Shown here piece by piece: positions 13,566 through 25,135 of a DNA stretch of 64,000 nucleotides. Position 1 is the first letter of the stretch. Every line of letters begins with the position of its first letter. Position numbers and translations under genes: made by a program. A model generated the notes under the pieces. The model made no database searches and was not told the origin of the DNA. It saw only the letters and a list, made by a program, of their open reading frames with translations. The stretch covers positions 15,190,001 through 15,254,000 of the forward strand of contig CM126210.1 of NCBI GenBank assembly GCA_052327205.1, read 5' to 3'. The stretch comes from Somniosus microcephalus (lineage: Eukaryota).

Positions 13566-14029
13566 TGTAGATACCACCTTACATGCAAAACCCCCTCCTC
13601 CCTTGGAGTGAGAGCTATGACAACAAGATATAGTCTGCCCATGACAGGTTTTTTTTGGTGGCTTAAAAGGTGTGCCCTTTCCTGTATAATCTTGCTGCAA
13701 GTTTAGCAGCGTCTGCCAAAGTGGCCAGAAACTAGGCCAAGATCTGGAGTTGCCAAGTCCTGGCCTTGCACTCCAGAAGCCTACCCCCAACCATAAATAA
13801 CTTAATTGACACGAGGGGTTGGGCTGGGGGGAGCAAGTATTTCCTGCATTAAGAGTTCCTGTGAAAAGAACCAATCACATCCTTGGTGGTGGTGCGCCTG
13901 GTGAAAGCAGGTATACGGCAGATGTGGGGCCCACCTGGGGGTCCAGGCTAGGGTCATAGCCAGGGCCCTTGAAGAGCTGCCTGGCAATTTTTTGGTTGCA
14001 AAAGTGGATGCATAGGGCAAAACTATTTG

Positions 14030-14238
14030 TAATGCCTAGAATCTGGAACTACCTCTCCCAAAAGACCGTGGATGCTGGCTAAATTGAAGCTTACAAGACT
14101 GAGATTGATAGATTTCTGTAAGGTATCAAGGGATATGGAGTAAAGGCAAGCAAATGGGGTCGAGGTACAGATCAGCCATGATCTGATTGAATGGTGGAAC
14201 AGGCTCGATGGATGAATCTCATGTTCCTATGTTCCTAT
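14030..14238 (+). mobile_element. Degraded CR1 3' end
   Basis: Similar to the CR1 3' end (ATCAAGGGATATGG...ATCAGCCATGATC...GAATGG) with an ATGTTCCT tail. Confidence 0.7.
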
Positions 14239-14394
14239 CCAGTGCTGGATGTTCAACAACTGTCCAGATGTCAAAAGTTGGCAGTTCACATTTTATCTGA
14301 ATGGAAGAAGTAATTAATTAAAAATGTCTACTTCCTGTTGAGAAAAGGGCCCCGATTTTGGTCTCTCTCTGCCGGCCTGTTTTTTCAGCATGTC

Positions 14395-14792
14395 TTTTTC
14401 TTTTCAGGCAGTCCCTCAGAACCGAGGATGACTTGCTTCCACATTAAAAATGAGTTCTCAGGTGACTGATGAGTCCAATGCAGGACCTACAGTCTCTGTC
14501 ACAGGTGGGGCAGACGTTGGTTGAAGGGGCGGGTGGGTGGGGTGCTTCGGTTGACGTGCGCTGCTTGCACCTGGCTCCCGCTTGCTCCCGGCGAAGAGAC
14601 TCGAGGTGTTCGGCGCCTTCCCGGATGCTTCTCCTCCACGTTGTGTGGTCTTGGGCCAGGGATTCCCAGGTGTCGGTGGGGATGTTGCACTTTTTCAAGG
14701 AGGCTTTGAGGGTGTCCTTGAAGCGTTTCCTCTGCCCACCTGGGGCTCTTTTGCCGTGTCGGAGCTCCGAGTAGAGCGCTTGTTTTGGGAGT
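14395..14792 (-). mobile_element. RTE-clade LINE 3' end
   Basis: GGQRKRFKDTLKASLKKCNI..WE.LAQD...WR and C-terminal CPTCDRDCRSCIGLISHLRTH. 3' UTR GGAAGCAAGTCATCCTCG. Confidence 0.85.
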
Positions 14793-15129
14793 CAGAGGGT
14801 AGCAAGACCACAATGACAAAATGCTAACTTTGAGCGGACCTTGAGTTAAGCAGCCAGTGCTCCAGCCAGAAACAGGTGGGAGCCTCATTATACAATGCAA
14901 ATCAGGATCCTATGATGCTGTGCAGACCCTGGTGCCATTTTGGTGCAGTGAAGCATGGCGACCCTGAGTGTTGGGTCTGCCCACAAAATGAAACGGAAAA
15001 CAGCCAGAACCAGCATCCCTTAAAGAGATCGCTGGAAGCAGAGGGGAGCAATACAAAGTAATTTATTTGCACTTATTGGTCATAATTGTTTTCGCTGTAC
15101 CTTGCTGCTAATCCTCCACCTCTTAATGT

Positions 15130-15307
15130 TCTTTTCCTCCTTTAAGGCCAACCTTAAGACCCAACTCTTTGGCCAAGCTTTTGGTCAATCCTCCTGATAT
15201 CTCCTTCTTTGGCTCAGCGTCCATTATCATTTGATTGCACCTCTGTGAAGCGCCTTGGGATGTTTTTCTTCATTAAAGGTGCTATATAAATGCAGGCTGT
15301 TGTTATT
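15130..15307 (+). mobile_element. L2 3' tail fragment
   Basis: GTGAAGCGCCTTGGGA...TAAAGGTGCTATATAAATGCAGG(TGT)n. Confidence 0.7.
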
Positions 15308-15737
15308 GAACCTCTGGTAGGGTCCAAGGAGGAAGTGGCAGGAGGGGTGAGCACAACGGGAAGGAGGTTGGTGAAGTTAGCCCCTAGCGGGCACTACACA
15401 CTTGCGATTGAATTTTAGTTTATAAATGGTATGGGCCTGCTTATGGAAGCTGCCTTTTGCGGCAAGTAAAGAGTGTTGGGAACAAATTTAAATTGTAACG
15501 AGGTGATCTGAAGAAGTGGTTGGAACTTGTAATGGACTCTCACAACTTTAGGCCAGCACAGCGGAAGCAGTAGCACATACGTAACCCAAAGTTTAAAACA
15601 ATCACTCACCATTCTTGTCAGCATAGGAATAAGAGTCAAATTATTCACAGGTGACCTGAATAACTAAACGCTGAGCAGTATTTAACTAGAGAAAAAATAG
15701 CGAGCAATTTGTAGTTTTGTCACCCATTTGATTCTTT

Positions 15738-15985
15738 GGCACCTCGAAGTTCCCCTCCAAGTCACACACCATTCTGACTTGGACATATTTCGCCATTCCT
15801 TCATCGTCGCTGGGTCAAAATCCTGTAAACTCCCTACCTGTTGTTTATGGGAGAACCTTCACCACACGGACTGCAGCGGCTCAAGAAGAAGGCCTGTCAC
15901 CGCCTTCTCAAAGGCAATTAGGGATGGGCAATAAATGCCAGTCTTGCCAACAATGCCCACATCCCAAGAATTTATATTTTTTAAA
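15738..15985 (+). mobile_element. Family A LINE 3' end
   Basis: TTCATCGTCGCTGGGTCAAAATCC...GGCAATTAGGGATGGGCAATAAATGC, shared with the 33483 copy. Confidence 0.75.
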
Positions 15986-16694
15986 TATCCCATTCTTAAA
16001 TTATTCATAATTCAAATAAGCTAGCAGTTTGTTTTAAATAAATTATTTAGCGCCTCATTTTTCAGTGTTTACTTACCTAGCATCATTAAAGAGGATGTTT
16101 TATGTTTTTAGAAACCAGAGTGTTAATCTCGCATGTTTGTGTTAAATTTAACGGCAGTAAATAGAATGGCTAATTACGTTGGTTTTCCTCTGGGTGAGTG
16201 TCTTTTCGTTAGCCTTCCTGACAGAATCCTTGCCAGCCAAGACTCATTTGTAATCATGCTTTTTCCATGCTTCTCAAATAGCTTAACAGCCACATAAGTG
16301 GTGAAGTTAATCCAGCTCTGGAGAGTGGGAACTGCAGGAAATTAAGCAGAGACGCAAATTTACACAACCTGACTCACTGATTGGATTCTGAAAGGCTGAG
16401 TTACAGATTACAGCATTAGAACCGACAAAGTGGGTCTCGTGTGTGTAATCAACCCCTCAGTTTAGAAATCAGAAACAAAGGGTAAAGCACAAATTGAGTT
16501 CTAAAAGTGCTTTACATTGTCTACTTGTGTTGTTTTTATTGAAAATTATATTTAAATTAATTTCTTGGTTAGTTCTGGTCTTCTTTCTACTCATAATGAT
16601 TTATTTAAACATCCAAAGCGTAAGATTTTCGAATTCCCAGGAGCAAGAATAAATATGCAGCTGAGAGACACATTGGCGCTCTTCGACATGTTAC

Positions 16695-17348
16695 AAAGCT
16701 GGGTGGGATTGTAAGTTGTGAGGAGGATGCAAGGAGGCTTCAAGGGGATATAGACAGGCTAAGTGAATGGGCAATTATATAGGGCCCTGGTGAGACCACA
16801 CCTGGAGTATTGTGTTCAGTTTTGGTCTCCTTACCTAAGGAAGGATAGAGGGAGCGCAACGAAGGTTCACCAGACTGGTTCCTGGGATGGGGGGATTGTC
16901 CTATGAGGAGAGATTGAGTCAACTAGGCCTATATTCTCTAGAGTTTAGAAGAATGAGAGGTGATCTCATTGAAACATACAAAATTCTAACAGGGCTTGAC
17001 AGGGTAGATGCAAGGAGGATGTTTCCCCTGGCTGGGGAGTCTCGAACCAGGGGTCACAGTCTCAGAATAAGGGGTCGGCCATTTAGGACTGAGATGAGGA
17101 GAAATTTCTTCACTCAGAAGGTGGTGAATCTTTGGAATTCTCTACCCCAGAGGTGCTGTGGAGGCTCAGTCGTTGAGTATATTCAAGACAGAGATCGATA
17201 GATTTTTGAATATTAAGGGAATCAAGGGATATGGGGAATAGTGCAGGAAAGTGGAGATGAGGTAGAAGATCAGCCATGATCTTATTGAATGGCAGAGCTG
17301 GCTCGAAGGGCCAAATGGCCGACTCCTGCTCCTATTTCTTATGTTCTT
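16695..17348 (+). mobile_element. CR1 3' fragment
   Basis: ORF 16887-17201 has YEERL..LGLYSLEFRRMRGDLIE...RRNFFTQ. Confidence 0.85.
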
Positions 17349-17815
17349 ACTGTGCATCCTTATTAAAGTGCCAGTAATCTGAGCGATACTCAGCTGAGTA
17401 GAGTACTGGTGAGTGTATAGTGCAGTGGGATCTTTGAAAGTCCAACGGGAGTTGATGGGGTGGGCATTTACCTTCCACAGCCTTGTCCCACAAGCAGTAA
17501 CACTGAACCAGTTCATTTAACAATTGCAGCAATACCCGTGTTAAACACGCATGCTGCCAAAGAGCCTAGCTGCTCCACTGCCGATTAAACTTCTATTCAA
17601 AGAGTGAGATCATTCCTACCTGGTCATTTTAAAGTTTGACCCAGCAGAAAACAACTGAATCTTTCATTGAAAAGTTATTAACAAGGACTTACAGGCAACA
17701 GCAGATTTTTCAACAAATGTTTTTATCAATTTCCCCCTTCCCTTTATATAGCACCTTTCCCATCCTCAGGATGTCACAAAACACTTCACAGCCAATGAAG
17801 TCCTTTTGAAATGTA

Positions 17816-18286
17816 CAAGGAAACTCTTTTTTATCCGGCAACGACGGGACCGGCGTGGTGCCGGTTGATCAAAAAGTCCGGATTACAGAGAGGTATACTT
17901 ACCAAAGTACGAGAGCCCCGTACACGGCCACAAGTGCAGGAGCCCCGGTTACACGGCACTTGTGCAGGAGTCCCAGTTACACGGCCACAGATCCAGAAGT
18001 CCCGGTTACACGGCCACAAGTGCAGGAGCCCCGGTTACACGGCACTTGTGCAGGAGTCCCAGTTACACGGCCACAGATCCAGAAGTCCCAGTTACACGGC
18101 CACAGATCCAGAAGTCCCGGTTACACGGCCACAGGTGCAGGAACCCCGGTTACACGGCCACAGATCCAGGAACCCCGGTTACACAGCCACTAATATATAG
18201 TAAAACTTACCTGAACCTACTCCTGAATTTTGCCGGTTAAGAGAGATTTCCGGATATTTAGGTGTCAGATAAAAGAGAGTTTCTTG
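17816..18286. mobile_element. Tc1/mariner (pogo/Tigger-like) MITE with TA TSD, carrying an internal minisatellite
   Basis: TA-CAAGGAAACTCTTTTTTATCCGG ... TCAGATAAAAGAGAGTTTCTTG-TA imperfect TIRs. TA is duplicated inside the SINE tail. Confidence 0.75.
17911..18190. repeat. 28-29 bp minisatellite, ~10 units
   Basis: Unit GGAGCCCCGGTTACACGGCCACAAGTGCA with recurring variant types. Confidence 0.9.
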
Positions 18287-18660
18287 TAGTCACTATTGTA
18301 ATATAGGGAAACAGAGCATGATCCCACAAACAGCAATGAGATGAATGAGCAGATCAGCTGTTTCCATGATGTTGGTTGAGGGATAAATATTGGCCAGGAG
18401 ACTAGGCAAACTCTCCTGCTCTTCTTCAAAGATCTTTTCCATACCTCTGAAAGGGTAGACAGGGCCTCAATCTGCTGTTCCATATGAAAGGTGGCACTTC
18501 CAACAGTGCAGCACTCCCTCAGTCCTGCACCATAGCGTCAGCCTGGATTATGAGCGCAAACATAGAAACATCGAAACATAGAAGATAGGAGCAGGAGTAG
18601 GCCATTCGGCCCTTCGAGCCTGCTCCGCCATTCAATGAGATCATGGCTGATCATCCAAAC

Positions 18661-21522
18661 TCAGTACCCTGTCCCTGCCTTCTCCCCATATCCCTTGATC
18701 CCTTTAGCCTCAAGAAATATATCCAACTCTTTCTTGAATGTATTTAATGAACTGGCCTCCACCGCCCTCTGTGGCAGAGAATTCCACAGGTTCACCACTC
18801 TCTGGGTGAAGAAATTCCTCCTCATTTCTGTCCTAAATGGCTTACCCCTTATCCTTAGACTATGACCCCTGGTTCTGGACTCCCCGACCATCGGGAACAT
18901 CCTTCCTGCATCTAGTCTGTCCAGACCTGACAGAATTTTATAGGTTTCGATGAGATCCCCTCTCAATCTTCTAAACTCCAGTGAGTATAAGCCCAATTGA
19001 CACAATCTCTCCTCGTACATCATTCCTGCCATCCCAGGTATCAGCCTGGTGAATCTTCGCTGCACTCCCTCCATGGCAAGAATGTCCTTCCTCAGGTAAG
19101 GTGACCAAAACTGCACACAATACTCAAGGTGCGGTCTCATCAAGGCCCTGTACAACTGCAGCAAGACATCCTTGTTCTTGTACTCGAACCCTCTTGCTAC
19201 GAAGGCCAACATACCATTTGCCTTCTTAACCGCCTGCTGCACCTGCATGCTTACCTTCAGCGACTGGTGCACAAGAACACCCAGGTCTCTTTTCACTTCC
19301 CCTTCTCCCAATCTATTGCCATTCAAATAATAATCTGCCTTCCTGTTTTTGCCACCAAAGTGGATAACCTCACATTTATCCACATTATAGTGCATTTGCC
19401 ATGTTTCTGCCCAATCACCCAACCTGTCCAAATCGTACTGGAGTTTCATGACATCCTCCTCACAGCATACCCTCCCACCCAGCTTTGTGTCATCTGCAAA
19501 TTTGGAGATATTACATCCAATTCCCTCGTCCAGATCATTAATATATATTGTGAACAGCTGGGGTCCTAGGACCGATCCTTGCGGTACCCCACTAGTCACT
19601 GCCTGCCACTCGGAAAATGACCCGTTTATTCCAACTCTTTGCTTTCTGTCCGCCAACCAGTTCTCTATCCAAGTCAATACCTTGCCCCCAATCCCATGTG
19701 CCTTAATTTTGCAGGCTAACCTCTTATGCGGGACCTTATCGAAAGCCTTCTGAAAGTCCAAATACACCACATCCACTGGTTCTCCCTTATCTATTTTACC
19801 AGTCACATCCTCAAAAAATTCCAGTAGATTAGTCAAGCATGATTTACCTTTTGTAAATCCATGTTGACTTTGTCCGATCCTGTCACTGCTTTCCAAGTGC
19901 TCTGCTATTACATCTTTTATAATGGACTCTACCATTTTCCCCACTACCGATGTCAGGCTTACTGGTCTATAATTCCCCGCTTTTTCTCTGCCACCTTTTT
20001 TGAATAGTGGGGTAACATTAGCTACCCTCCAATCCATGGGTACTGTTCCAGAGTCTATCGAGTTCTGGAAGATGACCAGCAATGCATCTACTATTTCCAG
20101 GGCCACTTCCTTAAGTACCCTGGGATGTAGATTATCAGGCCCTGGGGATTTATCGGCCTTCAGTCCCATCAATTTTCCTAACACCATTTCCCTACAAATA
20201 CTGATTTCTTTCAGTTCCACCCTTTCATCAGACCCTATGTTCTGCGGTATTTCTGGGAGGTTATTTGTGTCCTCCTTTGTGAAGACAGAACCAAAATATG
20301 TATTTAGTTGGTCTGCCATTTCTTTGCTCCCCAATATAAATTCCCCCGATTCTGACTGCAAGGGGCCTACGCTTGACTTCACCAATCTTTTTCTCTTTAC
20401 ATATCTATAAAAGCTTTTACAGTCAGTTTTTATGTTCCCTGAAAGCTTACTCTCGTATTCTATTTTCCCTTTCTTAATTAATCCCTTTGTCCTCCTTTGT
20501 TGAATCCTAAACTGCTCCCAATCCTCAGGATTATTGCTTTTTCTGGCCAATTTGTAAGTGCTCTCCTTGGATCTTATGCTATCCCTAATTTCCCTTGTTA
20601 GCCACGGTTGAGTCACCGTTTTTGTTTTATTTTTATGCCAAACTGGGATGAACAACTTCTGTAGTTCATCCATTCGGTCTTTGAATGTTTGCCATTGCCT
20701 ATCCACCGTCAACCCTTTGAGTGCCATTCCCCAATCAATCCTACCCAACTCGCTCCTCAGACCATCGTAGTTTCCTTTATTTAAATTGAGGACCCTAGTT
20801 TCTGAATCAACTACTTCATTCTGCATTTTAATGAAGAATTTGATCATATTATGATCGCTCCGACCCAAGGGGCCTCATACAACAAGATTGCTACTTAATC
20901 CTTTCTCGTTACATAATACCCAGTCTAAGATGGCCTGATCTCTGGTTGGTTCCTCGACATATTGGTCCAGGAAACCATCCCGTAAACACTCCAGGAATTC
21001 CTCCTCCACAGTATTGTTACTAATTTGGTTAGCCCAATCTATATGTAGATTAAAGTCACCCATGATGACTGCTGTGCCCTTATTGCACGCTTCTTTAATT
21101 TCCCTTTTAATGCTATCCCCAACCTCCGCCTTACTGTTTGGAGGTCTATATACCACTCCCACTAATGTTTTTTTCCCCTTAGTATTCCTCAATTCTACCC
21201 ATACAGATTCCACCTCATCAGAGCTAATATCCTTCATTACAATTCTGTTAATCCCTTCTTTAACCAGTAATGCTACCCCTCCTCCCTTTCCTTTTTGCCT
21301 ATCTTTCCTGAATATCGAATACCCCTGGATGTTGAGTTCCCAGTCTTGGCCGTCCTTGAGCCACGTTTCCATAATCCCAACCAAATCATATTCGTTTACC
21401 TCTATTTGCGCAGCCAATTCATCCACCTTATTACAAATGCTCCTCGCATTAAGACACAAAACCTTCAGGCTTGATTTTTTAACGCTCTTAGACCTATTAG
21501 AATTATTATTTACTGTGGCCAC
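18661..21522 (-). pseudogene. CR1 ORF2 (APE endonuclease + reverse transcriptase) with one in-frame stop at 20875-20877
   Basis: ORFs 20875-21522 (NARS, ETWL, GGGV, YRPP, GDFN) and 18661-20868 (SDH, NYRPVSLTS, YLDFQKAFDKV, SGVPQGSVLGP, FADDTK) share a frame and are separated by a single TGA (LVV*GPLG). Confidence 0.95.
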
Positions 21523-21644
21523 GTTTGATTTAAACCGTTGATTTCTCTGACTGCCACTTTTTCTTTTTTCCTTCCTATCTTTTGCTTTTATCCTTGTTTC
21601 CCTTTCCTCTGTCTCCCTGCTCAGGTTCCCAACCCCCTTCCATT

Positions 21645-22590
21645 TTAGTTTAAACCCTCCCCCAGAGCACTAGCAAACACTCCCCCTAGGACATCGGTTC
21701 CAGCCCTGCCCAGGTGCAGACCGTCCGGTTTAAACTGGTCCCACCTCCCCCAGAACCGGTTCCAATGTCCCAGGAACTTGAATCCCTCCCCCTGGCACCA
21801 TTCCTCTAGCCACGTATTCATCTGAAGTATCCTTCTATTTCTACTCTGACTAGCACGTGGCACTGGTAGCAATCCTGAGATTACTACCTTTGAGGTCCTG
21901 TTTCTTAATTTACCTCCTAACTCCCTGTATTCCGCTTTTAGGACCTCATCCCGCTTTTTACCTATATCGTTAGTGCCTATATGCACCACGACAACTGGCT
22001 GTTCATCCTCCCCTTCCAAGATGTTCTGCAGCCGCTCGGAGACATCCTTGACCCTTGCACCAGGGAGGCAACACACCATCCTGGAGTCTCGTTTGCGGCC
22101 GCAGAAACGCCTATCTATTCCCCTTACAATTGAATCCCCTATTACTATAGCTCTACCACTCTTTTTCCTCCCATTCTGTGCAGCAGAGCCTGGTGCCAGG
22201 AAGTTGGCTGCTGCTGCCTTCCCCTGATAAGCCATCCCACCCAACAGTACTCAAAGTGGTGTATCTGTTGTAGAGGGGGATGGCCACAGGGGACCCCTGC
22301 GCTACCTGCCTGCGCCTAGTACTCTGCCTGTTGGTCACCCGTTCCCTTTCTTCCTGTCCAACATCTACCTGTGGTATGTCCAACTCCCTAAATGTGCTAT
22401 TCACAATTTCCCGAGCATTGTGAACGCTCCAGTATGCATCCAATCACAGCTCCAGCGCCACAATGCGGTCTGTCAGTAGCTGCAGCTGGGTGCACTTCCT
22501 GCACACGTAGTTGTCAGGGACACAGGAAGTGTCCCTGAGTTCCCACATATCGCAGGAGGAGCAGATCACAGGGCTGGGCTGTCCTGCCGT
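21645..22590 (-). pseudogene. CR1 ORF1 (N-terminal Cys zinc finger plus SGNH/GDSL esterase), disrupted
   Basis: CSSCDMWE...CRKC at ~22490-22565, then IGDSIVRG, CLPGA, HIGTND and DGLHL in ORF 21645-22244. The start is mutated (ACG), with one stop and one frameshift. Confidence 0.85.
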
Positions 22591-22822
22591 GATTTACCCT
22601 TTAATTAATTGAGTTTAAATTAAATCAATCAATCCCACTAATTACACTACAGTTAAATAGTTTACCAACAGTCCCCGCTACACCAGAGAGACCTTAGAAA
22701 CTATAAAACAGAGTTAAAGTTTAAAAAAGAGTGAAATACTCACCAACCAATCACTTACCTGCTTCCTGCTGACGTCACACTTGGATTACTTTTTACCTCT
22801 CTCCAGGAACCTGGATTGGTAT

Positions 22823-23133
22823 GCCTCTGGTGCTCCCTCACAGGTCCGCTGCCTCTCCGGTCTCGGGGCTCTGGGCCTCGCTGCCTCGGGCTGCTGTTTA
22901 AGTACCTCTGCCGCCTCTGGTGCTCCCTCGCAGGTCCGCTGCCTCTCCGGTCTCGGGGCTCTGGGCCTCGCTGCCTCGGGCTGCTGTTTAAGTACCTCTG
23001 CCGCCTCTGGTGCTCCCTCGCAGGTCCGCTGCCTCTCCGGTCTCGGGGCTCTGGGCCTCGCTGCCTCGGGCTGCTGTTTAAGTACCTCTGCCACCTCTGG
23101 TGCTCCCTCGCAGGTCCGCTGCCTCTCCGGTCT
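22823..23133. repeat. 90-bp GC-rich tandem repeat, ~3.5 near-identical copies, forming the CR1 5' end
   Basis: Units start at 22823, 22913, 23003 and 23093. Confidence 0.95.
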
Positions 23134-23879
23134 GGGAGTGGGCCTAGAAGCCACAACCTTGCGACTCAGAGGCGAGAGTGCTGCCACTGAGCCGTGGCTG
23201 ACACTTAAGGAGGAAAACAGGGAATAGCACAAAAAAAATAAATTAAAATGGCAGTTTTTGATTTACCTCCAGGTTTTCTGCAATTCCCCATTAAAAAAAA
23301 CTGTGGGAAACATATCCCTAAATAGTTAGAGTCTCGTACCTCTGCTATTGAAGTGATAACTTTAGCATTAAAGTGCACATATGTATACACTTTCTCGGTG
23401 AATTGTCTTGCTAAGTGTGTAAAGATGTTAAGAGACTCAGTAGCTCAGCTAATAGCAGTGCACGGCATTGTTAATTGTCAGTCTTGCTCAGACTCGCTGG
23501 CAGCATTCTCTTTGCTTTTTCTTTGTTCTTTACTTCAGGCTGTCAGACAATCCAAGTCCGTATGCTTTGCCATTTACTTGTAAGGTTGTTGTTTTTGTGA
23601 GTTAAATGTGAGCCAGACTGGGTAATCATGAGTCTCCTGAGCTCTCATCAGTCTGTTAAATGTCATTTTATGCTCGCCATATAAATCAGACTAACCAGTA
23701 TACTTACTATAAAATGACTGATCTCTCTATACCTCAGTTATGTGCTTTATATGGATTATAAGAATGAGGACTCAGTTCCATGTATTGTAGGAATTTGACA
23801 TGTATTTTATTTGATGTATGAAACAATTACTGTAAATGTTAATTATGACCAGTTGACTATCCTGTGCCTCAGTAAATAA

Positions 23880-24235
23880 ATACACCACCTGGTGTGATAT
23901 AAAGCCATAGCGATGATGAAGATTTCACCTTCAACCTTCGGTTTGGTGATAAGTTAGGTGATCTGAGCTGGAGTAGCAATTAAGACACGACCATTCATTT
24001 CAGCATTCCTGGGCTGCAGATGGGAAAATTCAGCCAGAGTTCCTCCACTTGATCTCTATCCAGGTACTCTGATGGAAAGTGCTTGCGTACGCATATCAGG
24101 TAGGAACCGGGCTGGGCCCCACAAATGAATTGTCCGCGGTACTCGCTGTTTGGATTCACACGTGACCAACAGTTGCTTGGGTGAGGTACTGGAAGGCTGA
24201 TGGTGCCTGTGGAACTTTACTCCAACAAGAGTTGA
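23880..24235 (+). mobile_element. Possible old, diverged SINE-like repeat
   Basis: GGGAAAATTCAGCCAGAGTTCCTCC...GATCTCTATCCAG resembles a remembered chondrichthyan interspersed repeat. No second copy in the window. Confidence 0.3.
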
Positions 24236-25135
24236 GGAGAAGAGAGGACAGAAAGAGGAGAAAACTGGAAAAAAATATTGCGAGCTTGCTCCAGTAAAAC
24301 CAATTCATACATTGGCATAATGCTTGCACTGCATTGAAATACTTAGGGTACAGTAATAGATTATAGTGCTAGATAATACACAGCCAGAACCTGATGGAAT
24401 TGAATTAGTTTATTATTATAAGTAGCTTTATTCCAAAACTTGAAAGGACTCATTTGGTGAGAAATTCAAATTGTTGTTAATCACATCTTGAATCGCAATC
24501 ATTTCGTAATATCCATAAACCTCAAAATTGCTTTATTCAGAGACTGGATAATCTCATGGAAGGCTCATCATCCTTTCACTTTGGATATCAGGGTATGAAT
24601 CCAGTTCAGATTGATGGGATGGATAATCTAAGTGTTCTTAGTTCTTAAGCTTGACATCTCAGTTCGATTTCTGGTGGACAACAGTCCACACGACATGACC
24701 ACTCATAACCTATGAATAATTTGGTAATCTTACCCTGAGAGGGCATAAAGATGTTGGCGTATGAAATGCAGTTCACCTTACCACAGTAGGGATGTGTTCT
24801 GTAGGGAAACAATCTTTTCACTTTCGAGTGAAGGGGCAAGTGAGTTGTGTTAAGCATGATATGAGTGGTTTGTTTACTGTAATATATCACTTCTCACCAT
24901 ATATACTGTTTGCACTGCACATTAAAAATTTACTTACTGATTTACAAATGGAATGTAACACATTTCAATATTTTAAATCTATAATTTTAAAGTCTTTCAT
25001 TTTGGCACAGGTGAGATGGTTTCAGCTTGAAGCACTTGTGATGCGTCTCAACAGCATTCTGTTGAGGCTGTGGCTCAGATCAGAGAGCTTTATATATGAG
25101 AGAGGGAGAAAGAGAGAAAGAGAGCGAGGGATTAA

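Larger units (their letters stand above)
18560..23130 (-). mobile_element. Full-length CR1 LINE (5' tandem monomers, ORF1 zinc finger plus SGNH esterase, ORF2 APE-RT, (ATGTTTCT)n tail)
   Basis: All expected parts are present in order. Boundaries are defined by the interrupted SINE. Confidence 0.95.
17742..23203 (-). mobile_element. Deu-domain SINE split into three pieces (17742-17815, 18287-18560, ~23131-23203) by a MITE and a full-length CR1
   Basis: The pieces rejoin colinearly with the intact SINE at 11188-11636: head at 23203, core at 18290-18560, tail at 17742-17815. Confidence 0.75.

Noticed and set aside
17811-18240. Three overlapping + strand ORFs
   Set aside because: They are translations of the 29-bp minisatellite.
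22755-23232. 124-148 aa repetitive ORFs in several frames
   Set aside because: These are by-products of a GC-rich 90-bp tandem repeat whose length is a multiple of 3.
23500-25100. Candidate host exons after acceptor-like sites (TTTACTTCAG at ~23538 and TTTGGCACAG at ~25010)
   Set aside because: No recognisable protein sequence or convincing paired donors; cannot be supported without transcript data.
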